Notes: generated by a model not told the origin, from the sequence alone. A DNA stretch of 64,000 nucleotides from a virus (IMGVR_UViG_3300033066_001917:128001-192000); one strand, 5' to 3'; positions 25,403-35,245 are shown, counted from the stretch's first letter. A program made the numbers and translations.

Positions 25403-25442
25403 ACGAAAAAAGTTGAAGGAAGACGTTACATGGCCCCATTAG

Positions 25443-25522
25443 TGGGAAGTGATGGAATTGAACCATCATTACATTGTAGGGTTAACCCCCTACTTTGGTC
25501 CTAGTCTTTGGATGAACTTCCC
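25443..25522 (-). tRNA. atypical tRNA with extended anticodon arm
   Basis: GGGAAGT/ACTTCCC acceptor, T arm intact, GTAGGG-GGTTAA-CCCTAC. Confidence 0.6.
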
Positions 25523-25581
25523 TTATGGTCTACTACCTTACGAATCCGATAGTCTTCTGATTTGAAAAATCGAACTCCGGG

Positions 25582-25971
25582 TCACAACTCTACTTCAGTT
25601 ACCCACAAAGTTGGTGGGGACATGGGGTCATGATGGGGGTATGCCTCGGCCACCCATCGCTCGAAAGGAGACCACAATTCTGTGGCAGATCTAATGCTTT
25701 CTTTGTAACGAGTAGGGATTTTGTCGATTGGGCAATTACCCTCCAAAAAAGCTCCGGATTTGACCCGGCCGACACAACGAGGCAAAGCAACCCAAAACCC
25801 TAAGAGTGTATTTTCAGATGCCTGAGATGGCATCCAGAAATCCCCCCTACCTTGTTTGCGGAGGTGGGCTTCGTACCGTGCCAAGGGCCCAAATTCCGGG
25901 TCCTCGTCATCGTAAGGCCATAAACCCATTGGGAGTTTAGACCCAAACATTATCCCTGAGATATACATCAC
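25582..25971 (-). CDS. hypothetical protein
   Basis: Coupled ORF. Confidence 0.55.
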   Translation of the reverse strand: MMYISGIMFGSKLPMGLWPYDDEDPEFGPLARYEAHLRKQGRGDFWMPSQASENTLLGFWVALPRCVGRVKSGAFLEGNCPIDKIPTRYKESIRSATELWSPFERWVAEAYPHHDPMSPPTLWVTEVEL

Positions 25972-26243
25972 TCACCTTCTAACTCAAAATAATCCAAGGG
26001 ATTGGTACCTGTAGACATCCCGTGCTCGTCGAATGTGGCTACGAATTCTGAACTTTCAGTGAGAAGCCGAAGGTTTGTTTCGGTTAGTACACAAGAAATG
26101 TCCGAATGCTTCCCTAGAACTTCACCGAAATTACATCGTTTGCCAACTATTTTTCTGACATCATAGTCTTCAGCAACAAATATACCGGAAAGTTCACCCA
26201 TACGGCCAAAGTCCTGGTGGAACCTATAGATCCCTAACGTCAT
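25968..26243 (-). CDS. hypothetical phage protein
   Basis: GRMGELSGIFVA...FGEVLGKHS; coupled. Confidence 0.65.
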   Translation of the reverse strand: MTLGIYRFHQDFGRMGELSGIFVAEDYDVRKIVGKRCNFGEVLGKHSDISCVLTETNLRLLTESSEFVATFDEHGMSTGTNPLDYFELEGE

Positions 26244-26821
26244 AGTCCTCTTGTTACCGTCTCTTCTAGAAGATACGCCAAGATAAAGGCATGACCCATT
26301 GTCCGATTGGGATCATTGATGACCCCTTTCAATGTCAGACCTAAGCTGAGATAATCGTACCCATCGAAATCCCATAGGGTGATTGATCCATCTCTCCGAT
26401 ACTGGGCTAGAAGTTGAGCATAAGCATCGGTCTGAACTACTGCCCTGGCATAAAGAGGAAAATAGACTTTTTTCCTGGCATCTAGATAGGTGAGTTTCTC
26501 ACCCCCCCACCAGCAAAAGGCCGGTTTTGCTCCTTTCCCCATGGGGTACCGATCGGCTCTTTTCTTATCCCAACCTGCCGCTGCCCATTGATAATAGTTT
26601 TCGGTGGGGAAGCCATCTCCACCTAGCTGATGGGGGTAAACCTTGGCATACTGCCAAGCGTTTTCCATATTTTGAGAGAACGGACGAGCGGCCCCTGAAT
26701 ATAGGGGCACGGGCCCCAGGTAGAAGGGGGATAACCCCCTACTCCAATTATCCGAATGACTTGTGGTGTTTATGCACCCCGGGATTCTCGGGTCTCTGGG
26801 GCCTATTACTCTAACTGGCAT
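26240..26821 (-). CDS. DUF6939/DarT1-like protein
   Basis: TTSHS...GLSPFYL...ENAWQYAKVY...YLDARKKVYFPLY. Confidence 0.55.
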   Translation of the reverse strand: MPVRVIGPRDPRIPGCINTTSHSDNWSRGLSPFYLGPVPLYSGAARPFSQNMENAWQYAKVYPHQLGGDGFPTENYYQWAAAGWDKKRADRYPMGKGAKPAFCWWGGEKLTYLDARKKVYFPLYARAVVQTDAYAQLLAQYRRDGSITLWDFDGYDYLSLGLTLKGVINDPNRTMGHAFILAYLLEETVTRGL

Positions 26822-27134
26822 TGATGAAATTACCAGATGGACCTAACATAACCCATTCATACCCCAACAAATCTTCGCACTTGCCGCAGTGGGGGGAGCT
26901 CAAAGAAGACCACACCCAGGATCCCGTTTGAGATTGGTATGCCTTGACCAAGGCCAGAAGAACATTTGGACCAAACACCTCTTGCTTTGAGTATTCGGTT
27001 CTACTTCTCTGAGCCGGAGTCATGTCGTACCAGGAACTCGGGGCTTTCTTCCTTCTAAGAAGGAGGTATAGGATTTTTTTCCCTGAGGTAATCTCTTCAA
27101 TTCGATTTTTGGTTAGAACGTCCGATGTCCACAT
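26811..27134 (-). CDS. hypothetical protein
   Basis: Coupled ORF. Confidence 0.5.
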   Translation of the reverse strand: MWTSDVLTKNRIEEITSGKKILYLLLRRKKAPSSWYDMTPAQRSRTEYSKQEVFGPNVLLALVKAYQSQTGSWVWSSLSSPHCGKCEDLLGYEWVMLGPSGNFINAS

Positions 27135-27755
27135 TTAGAGAATTTCCTGCAAGAGTTTTGGGTCGTGCCCGTATCGGGTCTTGACTTTCTCAATCCAAGC
27201 ATGGTTTTTGACTTTGAACATGGTGGGCTGGTACCCCCTCTTAAGGGGCGCCCCCTTACACACAACCCCCTCGAACGTCATACCTTCAAGGGTGCCGTTC
27301 CTAACTGAATCGAGAAAAGGTACCGTAGGATTCCCGGAGTATAGGACTCCAGGTATCTCAACCTTTCCCTCGAACAGCTTTAGGAAATCCCTTGCCAGAG
27401 GCATCCCTTTCTTATAGATGTCAATGTCTATAAGGGTCGTGGTGAGGGTTGGGTCCTCCGGATCATGCATTCCCGCGAAAGATTTACTCCCATGAAACTC
27501 GAAGAAGCAGGTGACCATTTCAAACCGTTGATCCCGAAATATTCTGGATAGGTCTTCACCATATTTTTCGAGTGTCAGGTTGATAGCTCTCCCCATAGTG
27601 CCGTGGTCCTCAGACAGGAGAACTTTTCGACTTCCAAACTTGTGGAGACCGTGTTTCTTATCCCACTGGCATCTGACGTTCTGACCATCAAGTTTGTCAA
27701 AGGCAACGATTGGGATGTCTATGATTTTTCCGTCAAAAGATGGGTAGTGTTTCAT
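27135..27755 (-). CDS. ATP-dependent RNA ligase-like nucleotidyltransferase
   Basis: KLDGQN (motif I), FEFHG, EGVVCK, FKVKN. Confidence 0.8.
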   Translation of the reverse strand: MKHYPSFDGKIIDIPIVAFDKLDGQNVRCQWDKKHGLHKFGSRKVLLSEDHGTMGRAINLTLEKYGEDLSRIFRDQRFEMVTCFFEFHGSKSFAGMHDPEDPTLTTTLIDIDIYKKGMPLARDFLKLFEGKVEIPGVLYSGNPTVPFLDSVRNGTLEGMTFEGVVCKGAPLKRGYQPTMFKVKNHAWIEKVKTRYGHDPKLLQEIL

Positions 27756-27771
27756 TTTTCCAGCTTTCTCT

Positions 27772-28059
27772 TCACTCAGGGCTACCCTCGTACTGATCCA
27801 CCAAAGTAGAACCCTCAATTTCCCACTGAACACCATTCACCGCAAGTTGGTGGCAGACTTTTCCAAACAATCCATCCATGAGAGCCTTTTTGGTCCTGAA
27901 ACCTAAAGCGACCTCTGACCTTCGAATAACAGCTTCGGGTCTCACCCCTTCAGTTGGCATTGTGCTGTAATCTTGAGCAAGTTCCCCAAAAGTCTTCGCT
28001 TCTTTATGGAGATGGCGAGCCAGAAGGATGAGAAATTCCTGATCTGTGATGGTTTTCAT
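27772..28059 (-). CDS. hypothetical protein
   Basis: Coupled ORF. Confidence 0.5.
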   Translation of the reverse strand: MKTITDQEFLILLARHLHKEAKTFGELAQDYSTMPTEGVRPEAVIRRSEVALGFRTKKALMDGLFGKVCHQLAVNGVQWEIEGSTLVDQYEGSPE

Positions 28060-28835
28060 AACTGCTCTTTCCCTACAAGAAGATTCAACAGATGTTTTTT
28101 CAGTTCCGGGTTGTCAGTATTTTCATTTTCCGATGGTAGGGGGAGATTACCCAAAACCTCCCAAGATGAATGCAAGGATTTTGATAGGATAAAGTCAATC
28201 ATCCCTAGACTCAGGTGGTTTTCTCGAAGGATCTCGAATCCCAGAAGTCGGTCATATTCCCTTCTTTGAGGTTCCGTAAACAAAGCTCCGATGCAACCCT
28301 TCTCGCAAAGCCAAGCATGGACTTCCACATCGTAGAAGGTGTCACCAATCCAAGGGGATCGGTAGGACACGGGACGAAAGACTAATGCCCTACCACACTC
28401 GGGACAGGTGGAACCTTGCCCCGCCAAATGAAGGTGGTTTCTGTATTCGGAAGCTTGAGTTTTCAAATACTGAAGGAAAGAAAGGGGATTGTCCGTTAGC
28501 CCTCGAATCCCTCTTTGGGCTAACGCATGAAACAGGGTATGAAGATCGGTCGACATATGACGGATCCTCTTCAAATGGTCCTCGGGTGGTTCGGTGACTG
28601 ACGTACCAAGTTGTCGTCCTATTGCCGAAACGTCGTGCCCGAGGATAATTTGGTGAAGTTGAGCTTTAAGATCTGGGGGGAAGTACGGGTGCTCACCACA
28701 GAGGGATACTTCCTGGACCAATCTTTCTTCTAGCTGAGAGAGGTCTTCGGTAATGTATGGGCTTTCTAGATCAACAGCTCTAAGAATGAGATCGAATTTG
28801 TCGAAGTAGGAACTCACAGAGAGGTTACTGATCAA
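28056..28835 (-). CDS. protein with YgiT/MqsA-type Zn finger
   Basis: CPECG...VEVHAWLCEKGC. Confidence 0.55.
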   Translation of the reverse strand: MISNLSVSSYFDKFDLILRAVDLESPYITEDLSQLEERLVQEVSLCGEHPYFPPDLKAQLHQIILGHDVSAIGRQLGTSVTEPPEDHLKRIRHMSTDLHTLFHALAQRGIRGLTDNPLSFLQYLKTQASEYRNHLHLAGQGSTCPECGRALVFRPVSYRSPWIGDTFYDVEVHAWLCEKGCIGALFTEPQRREYDRLLGFEILRENHLSLGMIDFILSKSLHSSWEVLGNLPLPSENENTDNPELKKHLLNLLVGKEQL

Positions 28836-29650
28836 TCTTTAGGTCTGGTCCACTTAACCCTGTTATTGGGGTTCTTTGCCCAAACCTCTTTGCCCTCATC
28901 TTCAGCCGCAATGGCGGCATCTTCTTCCTCTTCTGTGAGGTTCCTTTCCTCTTTCCCACCAAAAAGAAGAGAAATTCTACCCCCGTGATCAAGATGAATG
29001 CTATCCGGCTCCTCTTCTACCCATTCATAGAATTCGTCCTCTTCTTGACGGAGAACGTTCAACGTCAACATGGGTTGAGCAAAGTCAACCAGGATGACTT
29101 CATATGGACCACCCCAATAACATCCCTCCACAGCCAAAGTACGTTTGCTCGGGCTGGCTGTGTATGCCGCCCAACAGAAATTTGGTGGGGACTTGTAGTC
29201 TTTTGTCTCCCCAGTAGTCAGATTAACTACGGTTTGCGATTGGTAATCCCTACCACACACAAGATAGTCATACCCATCTGGATGACCCTCTACGAAAAGG
29301 TACGGGAAGGATGAGTAGTTTCTGCAGATGGTAACGTTGGCCCCACCAGAGATTACGCCCCGAGTGTAGGACCAGAAGTTAGCCCCTTGCGGGTGTGTGT
29401 GGACAGTAAGGGTGTATTTGCCGCTTGGATTTGTCACTGTTTTTGTTTTAAGTGGGTCCTCGGTTCCTGGTCGGCACCTGAATTCAACGTGGGCTTTGCT
29501 ATAAGCTGCAAACACCCCAGGCTCAATAGCTTCAAACAACTCGGCACGTTTGGTGCTGGGGCATTGACCTTTCGTAGCATCCAAGTAGGTTTGGAGTGCA
29601 GGGGTCATACCGTCAAAATGGAAGTCACTCATTTCCAACATTACTCCCAC
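28832..29650 (-). CDS. hypothetical protein
   Basis: Long coupled ORF. Confidence 0.65.
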   Translation of the reverse strand: MGVMLEMSDFHFDGMTPALQTYLDATKGQCPSTKRAELFEAIEPGVFAAYSKAHVEFRCRPGTEDPLKTKTVTNPSGKYTLTVHTHPQGANFWSYTRGVISGGANVTICRNYSSFPYLFVEGHPDGYDYLVCGRDYQSQTVVNLTTGETKDYKSPPNFCWAAYTASPSKRTLAVEGCYWGGPYEVILVDFAQPMLTLNVLRQEEDEFYEWVEEEPDSIHLDHGGRISLLFGGKEERNLTEEEEDAAIAAEDEGKEVWAKNPNNRVKWTRPKD

Positions 29651-30105
29651 ACACCGATTCTGGCGCTATATCGCTCGAAGGTCTCAAATCGAATAGACTC
29701 TATCCCAGGGATCAAAAATTCAAAAGACACGATCCAGGCCCATGCCTCGTCACAATCTCGACTCTCAAGAATTTTTGCTAGATCCCTTTTGGCTTCGATC
29801 ACATCAATCCACTCATTGTGTTCATTTTTGTAACCCGCCCACTCCATACTAACCGCTTTTCTAGCTACACCTTCGGGCACGTTCTTGGGTCTAACTGATG
29901 GTTGGGATGGTTCAGGGGGTATCGGGGATTTTGCAAATTCCTGGAACCATTTGTGGTTTAGGATCCAGAACACACTGGTATGAAACTCTTCCCAAGTTCC
30001 GGCAGGGAGATATGATGTGCCGTGTCGGGTTGAAACGATAATCACACCGGGGTAAAATACATTATGGGTCACGTTCTCACCGATCCTCTTCACACGTCCA
30101 CCCAT
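29641..30105 (-). CDS. hypothetical protein
   Basis: Coupled ORF. Confidence 0.5.
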   Translation of the reverse strand: MGGRVKRIGENVTHNVFYPGVIIVSTRHGTSYLPAGTWEEFHTSVFWILNHKWFQEFAKSPIPPEPSQPSVRPKNVPEGVARKAVSMEWAGYKNEHNEWIDVIEAKRDLAKILESRDCDEAWAWIVSFEFLIPGIESIRFETFERYSARIGVWE

Positions 30106-31006
30106 AGGACAGTCTCAGGCTGTCTGTAAGAGGGTCGTAATACCAGCCCGTAGATCCAGCACAAATGTCAAATTCTTTCAAACTGTTATTGATAATGACC
30201 GGAAAGAACAGTCTAGACTGACCCGCCCCCAGAAAATCATCGGCTTTGGGGGATTCCTTCCCATCCGAAGAAAAGTGTGGGTTGAGGCTACGACCGGCGT
30301 TAGGGAGTACAGGGTAGAAATCGTTAATCCAACCGGAGATGGTTGGATTCTCCGTGTGGCCAGAAGGTTGATAAAGGTCAGTCGCACCCACAGTTTCAAA
30401 TCCCATTTTGTATCGGTATTCCCGAAATCGGTCCAAATGGAGAAGGATTCTATCCATCCACCCAACAACCCCAAAATCTTCCCAGTCGCAGAAGTTATTG
30501 TAAAGCAACTCCCAATCCCTTCTCTCACCACAAAGCATGATTTTGTCCACCCCTGTTTTCGACCGATTCCTTGTCGGAAATTTAGGCACCCGCCTTCGGT
30601 TCGGCTCTCCATTAAAAGCCACCCCGGCTTGTATGCCCATATCGGCGAATCCAACGGTAGTATTACCTTCAATTTGCTCCGAAAACAAAACGGTTAGGCT
30701 GGGCCTTTCCGGAAGGAAGCCGTTGATAAGATGTGCCTCAAATACATCTCTCGGCCCCAGAACCACAGGGATTTTAGCGGGCTTGGTATCTACGTCCAGG
30801 TCAACGGCGTGCAGCAAAGAAAGCAGATCCTTTGCCGGACCTTTGGTAGTCTTGCAGTGAAGTCCAAATTGACGGACAAGGGTTAACCACACATCGGTGG
30901 GGCTAATCATCGGACAGATGCCCGTCTCATGAGCCATGTCCATCAGACCCACAAGACCCCGCGTATCGTGGAAAACAGTATAACCATTTTGACAGGAGCA
31001 ATTCAT
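30077..31006 (-). CDS. divergent DUF4419-like protein
   Basis: ISPTDVWLTL...IMLCGERRDW...ISGWINDFYP, similar to the 31747 and 46943 proteins. Confidence 0.6.
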   Translation of the reverse strand: MNCSCQNGYTVFHDTRGLVGLMDMAHETGICPMISPTDVWLTLVRQFGLHCKTTKGPAKDLLSLLHAVDLDVDTKPAKIPVVLGPRDVFEAHLINGFLPERPSLTVLFSEQIEGNTTVGFADMGIQAGVAFNGEPNRRRVPKFPTRNRSKTGVDKIMLCGERRDWELLYNNFCDWEDFGVVGWMDRILLHLDRFREYRYKMGFETVGATDLYQPSGHTENPTISGWINDFYPVLPNAGRSLNPHFSSDGKESPKADDFLGAGQSRLFFPVIINNSLKEFDICAGSTGWYYDPLTDSLRLSYGWTCEEDR

Positions 31007-31512
31007 TGGTTTCTCCGAGCCATCATTTGCCGAATGAGAGGAAATCTCATGTCTTCTTCCCCTTCTGACGCTAGACCTAACACTGCCTCCATGAAATCGA
31101 AAATAGTATTTTTGAAAGCGGTTAGTGGCACATCAACCTCCCCAGGAGGCTCACTGAATCGATAGTCCCCCCACGGGTAGGATTCTGGCCTCATGACCCA
31201 CGAGATGTTCATTGCATCCCCTTTTCTCTGGAAAATGACATGAGGAAGACAGAAATAGGATGCCGCAAACTCCAGGTTGTGGATCTCTAGCCAGTCATAG
31301 GCTTCATCCGAGAAACGGGTTTCAATAGATGCCCGTTGAGCGAAAGGCATAGTCGAATCGCCCGGAAGGGACGACGGTGGCTCCATGTGATCCAGGAAAT
31401 AAGGCCAGGAATAAGCTAACCAAGACGCGATATCTCGAAGATCCGCCATCTCTACGGTTCGCCCAACCACACCGGACACGGATGTTCCGGCCGTGAGAGA
31501 TTTACCCCCCAC
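31003..31512 (-). CDS. hypothetical protein
   Basis: Coupled ORF. Confidence 0.55.
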   Translation of the reverse strand: MGGKSLTAGTSVSGVVGRTVEMADLRDIASWLAYSWPYFLDHMEPPSSLPGDSTMPFAQRASIETRFSDEAYDWLEIHNLEFAASYFCLPHVIFQRKGDAMNISWVMRPESYPWGDYRFSEPPGEVDVPLTAFKNTIFDFMEAVLGLASEGEEDMRFPLIRQMMARRNQ

Positions 31513-31539
31513 AACAAGTTCAAAGGGTAGGGTTGTAGT

Positions 31540-31743
31540 ATGCCTACCCTAATTGAATTGGGAGAAATGATCCCGGAAATCCTTGCCAAACTATCGACTC
31601 GATGGGCTTGGTTTCCACATAATATGATTGGCCACCCGCTCTCTGAAATCCTTTTCCAATTGGGAGAGCAGGAATGGTCCAACCGAATCCACGATTGGAC
31701 CATTCCTGCTGGAGGGGCCACCTCAAAGACCGCTAGGGGTTGA
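31540..31743 (+). CDS. small phage protein (HNxIxHP...HD motif)
   Basis: Fills gap between minus-strand genes. Confidence 0.6.
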   Translation: MPTLIELGEMIPEILAKLSTRWAWFPHNMIGHPLSEILFQLGEQEWSNRIHDWTIPAGGATSKTARG

Positions 31744-31746
31744 CTT

Positions 31747-32781
31747 CTATTTGTCCTGTCTATCAACCACCGCCCAACCCATTACAGGGCGAACAGATTT
31801 ATTATCAATGGTTATCCCTAGGTGCCCGGCGTAGAAATTCATAGGGTGCGACGACCCGCACACCCAATCAAAAGGAACTACCGTGTGCCCGCGTGGTACA
31901 TTTGATGTACTGAGCTGGGATTTCGGTACCCCAACATAAGGGCTTTTGAAAAACTGAGTCCCCTTCGACAAATAAGGGAAAAGATTGATAAAAGATCCAC
32001 TGATCGACCCACCACCTGACATTGACCGCTGTTTGTAGATGGTTTCCCAAAAATCCAAATCCACATCACCTTTTGAGGCACGAACGAATTGATCCAGGAT
32101 TGGGGTCAAAGCATCAACCCACCAATCCAAGCCACACACCCGAAAACCTTCTACTCTGGTTCGTATGGATTCCCAGTCACTTGTCTCTCCAAGCAAGGTG
32201 ATTGTGGGGATACCGCAAGCCGTCATCATACCATAGGTGAAATACTTCTGCATGGCACCCATAAGTTGTACATGCCCTACAACTTTCTCCACAGGTCCAG
32301 TCGTGGTGAAGTTATGGGCTGTGATGTCACCCGTTCCGGGAGTTGTGTTTCGATCAATCAACCTTTGAAATTCGGATAAAACCGAATCCCATGGGATTCC
32401 CGGTGATCCTTTTGAAAAAGGTACTACGACGGTAAGGGGTTTCTTACCGTCGTGGGACACAAACTTGTGTCTTAGGCTCTCACTGTTTTCGTTGATGTGG
32501 GCCGAAAGCCCGCCACATAGAACACACCACAAGTCATCTGGGGATAGGGTTAGTGGGATATGACCGTCGTAAGCAATGTGTACGGCCCCCAGAAATGGGT
32601 TGGCTAAAGGCTCCCATATCAAATCTCCGGGTAGGTTGAAAGCGTAGGCATCAGGTGTGACGTCCTTACACTTCTTTTTTACAAACGAGTCTTGAGGCGT
32701 GGGGTGGAACCCAAGGTATGGGTCATCCGATGTAGTACCAGTATTGATTTCAACGTCTGAAACTGGAAATGTGATTGGCAT
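31747..32781 (-). CDS. DUF4419 domain protein
   Basis: H.PLTLSPDDLW...LRHKFVSHDGKK...CGIPTITLLG..DW. Confidence 0.85.
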   Translation of the reverse strand: MPITFPVSDVEINTGTTSDDPYLGFHPTPQDSFVKKKCKDVTPDAYAFNLPGDLIWEPLANPFLGAVHIAYDGHIPLTLSPDDLWCVLCGGLSAHINENSESLRHKFVSHDGKKPLTVVVPFSKGSPGIPWDSVLSEFQRLIDRNTTPGTGDITAHNFTTTGPVEKVVGHVQLMGAMQKYFTYGMMTACGIPTITLLGETSDWESIRTRVEGFRVCGLDWWVDALTPILDQFVRASKGDVDLDFWETIYKQRSMSGGGSISGSFINLFPYLSKGTQFFKSPYVGVPKSQLSTSNVPRGHTVVPFDWVCGSSHPMNFYAGHLGITIDNKSVRPVMGWAVVDRQDK

Positions 32782-32789
32782 ACGGTTTG

Positions 32790-33089
32790 TTACCCCTCAA
32801 AACCATCCAGGACTTCCGATAACCCCAAATCTGGTAGGGCATCGGCTAACTTTGCTAAGGTGTCGCCGTGGCAAGGGCTTGGACTGCACCAACACCCCAG
32901 ACGTTTCCCTTTTAGCTCCCGAAGCCTCGCTATGAGATGTGGCTGTGTCACAACCCATTCGCGGTGTTTGGTAATCACTTCTTCCCGGGTTCCATCTACC
33001 CCACACTTGAACGGATTCCCCCACACGGAAGGTCGACCTACATAGATGTCATGGGGGTCCCTACAATGGACTACGGTAGTTTTAGGCAT
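32790..33089 (-). CDS. DUF4326 domain protein
   Basis: IYVGRPSVWGNPF...LKGKRLGCWC.P.PCHGD. Confidence 0.9.
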   Translation of the reverse strand: MPKTTVVHCRDPHDIYVGRPSVWGNPFKCGVDGTREEVITKHREWVVTQPHLIARLRELKGKRLGCWCSPSPCHGDTLAKLADALPDLGLSEVLDGFEG

Positions 33090-33113
33090 TCTTTTTGTAC
33101 GCCCAGCGGTGGC

Positions 33114-33419
33114 CTATTCCTTTTGGTGAAGGTACTCGTGCAGAGCTCCGGGGAGGGGGACACCGGAAGGGAACCAGTTTTCCCCGTTGTCCCGATGGTA
33201 CTCCTTGTCACTCTCGTGGGGACACGGGACTACATCGAAACAGGGGAGACCGCCGGATTCCCCGTCCAGGGTGACTAGGATGCTGAACGCCAGACCCTCC
33301 AGCTTCTCCTTCACATCGGGAACCCGATCCTCCCGTGCCCAATACTTCACGAGCCCACGAATATAGTCAAGGAACATCGTGCGGACTTCTTCGGGGGTGT
33401 ACTCTCTGGGCTCACTCAT
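33114..33419 (-). CDS. hypothetical phage protein
   Basis: GLAFSILVTLDG...LHE. Confidence 0.65.
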   Translation of the reverse strand: MSEPREYTPEEVRTMFLDYIRGLVKYWAREDRVPDVKEKLEGLAFSILVTLDGESGGLPCFDVVPCPHESDKEYHRDNGENWFPSGVPLPGALHEYLHQKE

Positions 33420-33483
33420 GTTGACTCTTACTTCAACTGAAATCTATTCAGATCACTTACAAGGTAATAGATAGCAACGTTCT

Positions 33484-34689
33484 ATGGATCCAAAAAACGT
33501 TACCTTTCGATACCTTATTGCTTCCAGTGGTTGGGGCAGAACACTGGATATGTTGATTTCAGAACTGGAATCTAAACTCCGTACGGCCAAAGCTGGGCCG
33601 TGGAAGTTCACCCCAACTGTCAATCAGACCCCTCTGGCACTGGGTAGGAAAACTGACTTCTTTGGAAAACGAACCGGACCTCTTGTTTCTGTGCCCCACG
33701 TTGGAGTGTCTCTACGGGCACAACTTAATCCCAACAATCCTTATGGGATCAAACCGGATAGCATCGGTTACTCCATTTTGGTTGCTATCACCGAGGACGG
33801 TGGTGCGATTTACAAACGCATTGGGAGCAAAGTCCAAGCGATCAGTTTGCTGAAACTGGTTGAGGATTCTGTCAAATGGATTCGTGACTTTGAGGATGGA
33901 GAAATAAACCTGATAGCTTTCAAGGCCCAGGTTTCACCACCGACCCCCAAACCCAGTGCCCCAGAGAGGAATGTAGAATCGGAATACAAGAAGTTCTACA
34001 ATACCCTGGAAAATATTGCCCGGGGGATCAGCAAAGACCACCCACTCTCTGGGCCCTATACTGTTGGTAAGGAGCGCCTTTTTGACCACCACAGTAACTC
34101 AGTTACTTTCATACCATTTCTTGAAATGAATCCGGATAAGGGAAAAAAGTACAAGGCTCATTACGTTTACCATAACCACCCCAGTCCTTTCCATACCCTC
34201 AAATTTGACTCTAAAGGGATATGGGAGCAAAAGCAAAAGAGCTTTTTAGCATGGAATTGGGAACCAAGAACGTTTGAGGAGCTTACCCGTGGATATAAAC
34301 AAAGTTGGACCACTTTAGCTGACAAAATAGAGGCCGAAGCAGTTAAAGTGGAGAAAGAGGAATCGGAGCTACGGGCATTACCAGATGATAATAGTGTAGA
34401 CATCCTAGATGTCGTCAAAGGGGCTATCTCCACCGTGTCCCGTCGTTTAGGGTGGGACAAAGATCCCGTAGAGGTTCACGGGAAAACAATCATTGGGTTC
34501 TACCGTAGCAAAAGTCTCCCAAAAGAAATGGAATATTACGATGACTACGAAAGTGAAGTTGGAGCCGAGCTTACTAAAGCCGAAGACATCTTTCGGGGTC
34601 AGGTTGGGACTTGGATCCAGGAAATCCAATCACTAGATGTCGGTTTGGAAGATAAGGACTGGGTTTCCATCACCGTCACCCTCAAATGA
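33484..34689 (+). CDS. hypothetical protein (possible virion-internal protein)
   Basis: 401-aa plus-strand ORF; N-terminal NVTFRYL motif. Confidence 0.7.
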   Translation: MDPKNVTFRYLIASSGWGRTLDMLISELESKLRTAKAGPWKFTPTVNQTPLALGRKTDFFGKRTGPLVSVPHVGVSLRAQLNPNNPYGIKPDSIGYSILVAITEDGGAIYKRIGSKVQAISLLKLVEDSVKWIRDFEDGEINLIAFKAQVSPPTPKPSAPERNVESEYKKFYNTLENIARGISKDHPLSGPYTVGKERLFDHHSNSVTFIPFLEMNPDKGKKYKAHYVYHNHPSPFHTLKFDSKGIWEQKQKSFLAWNWEPRTFEELTRGYKQSWTTLADKIEAEAVKVEKEESELRALPDDNSVDILDVVKGAISTVSRRLGWDKDPVEVHGKTIIGFYRSKSLPKEMEYYDDYESEVGAELTKAEDIFRGQVGTWIQEIQSLDVGLEDKDWVSITVTLK

Positions 34690-34690
34690 G

Positions 34691-35245
34691 TCACCACTGA
34701 TGGTTTTCTAGAGATTTTGCAGTTGACTCAAAGCTAACCCGCATGATTTCTGGGAGCGTCGAATCTCTAGAAAGCTCCTTAGAGATTTGTAGAGCACGAA
34801 GATAATCACCGCTCTTTTTCATCCACACGATCGCCAGTTGGCACATAGCACCTCGCGCCGTGGGAGTCCTGGCTCTCATGGCCAACTGAAGCTGGCGATC
34901 GGCTGCTCGTTGGTACAAACCAGAAGCAATGGTTGGTAGTCCCATACGCTCGGCTAGCCCAGCGGCAGAAATAATGTCCTCAATCTCTCTGTTTAGACTT
35001 TCCATGTTACTCATCTCATCACCCACCCCACGGAACCCACTCGAAAATATGAGTTGGGTCTTCCAAGCAAAAAGCCAACGAAGAATGACTATAATCACAT
35101 TTTGACATGCACCAGGGACAAGGCATCCCCCCTGGCATCGAAGCCATAGCTCCCTCTTCGAGATGATAACGGGGCTCTTGGACCATGTAATAATCGATTT
35201 CCGGGTGGAGATGTCCCATATCAACCGGAAGACCTCGTTTATCAA
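34691..35245 (-). CDS. hypothetical helical protein (true start probably ~35014)
   Basis: MSNMESLNREIE... follows upstream stop. Confidence 0.5.
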   Translation of the reverse strand: MINEVFRLIWDISTRKSIITWSKSPVIISKRELWLRCQGGCLVPGACQNVIIVILRWLFAWKTQLIFSSGFRGVGDEMSNMESLNREIEDIISAAGLAERMGLPTIASGLYQRAADRQLQLAMRARTPTARGAMCQLAIVWMKKSGDYLRALQISKELSRDSTLPEIMRVSFESTAKSLENHQW

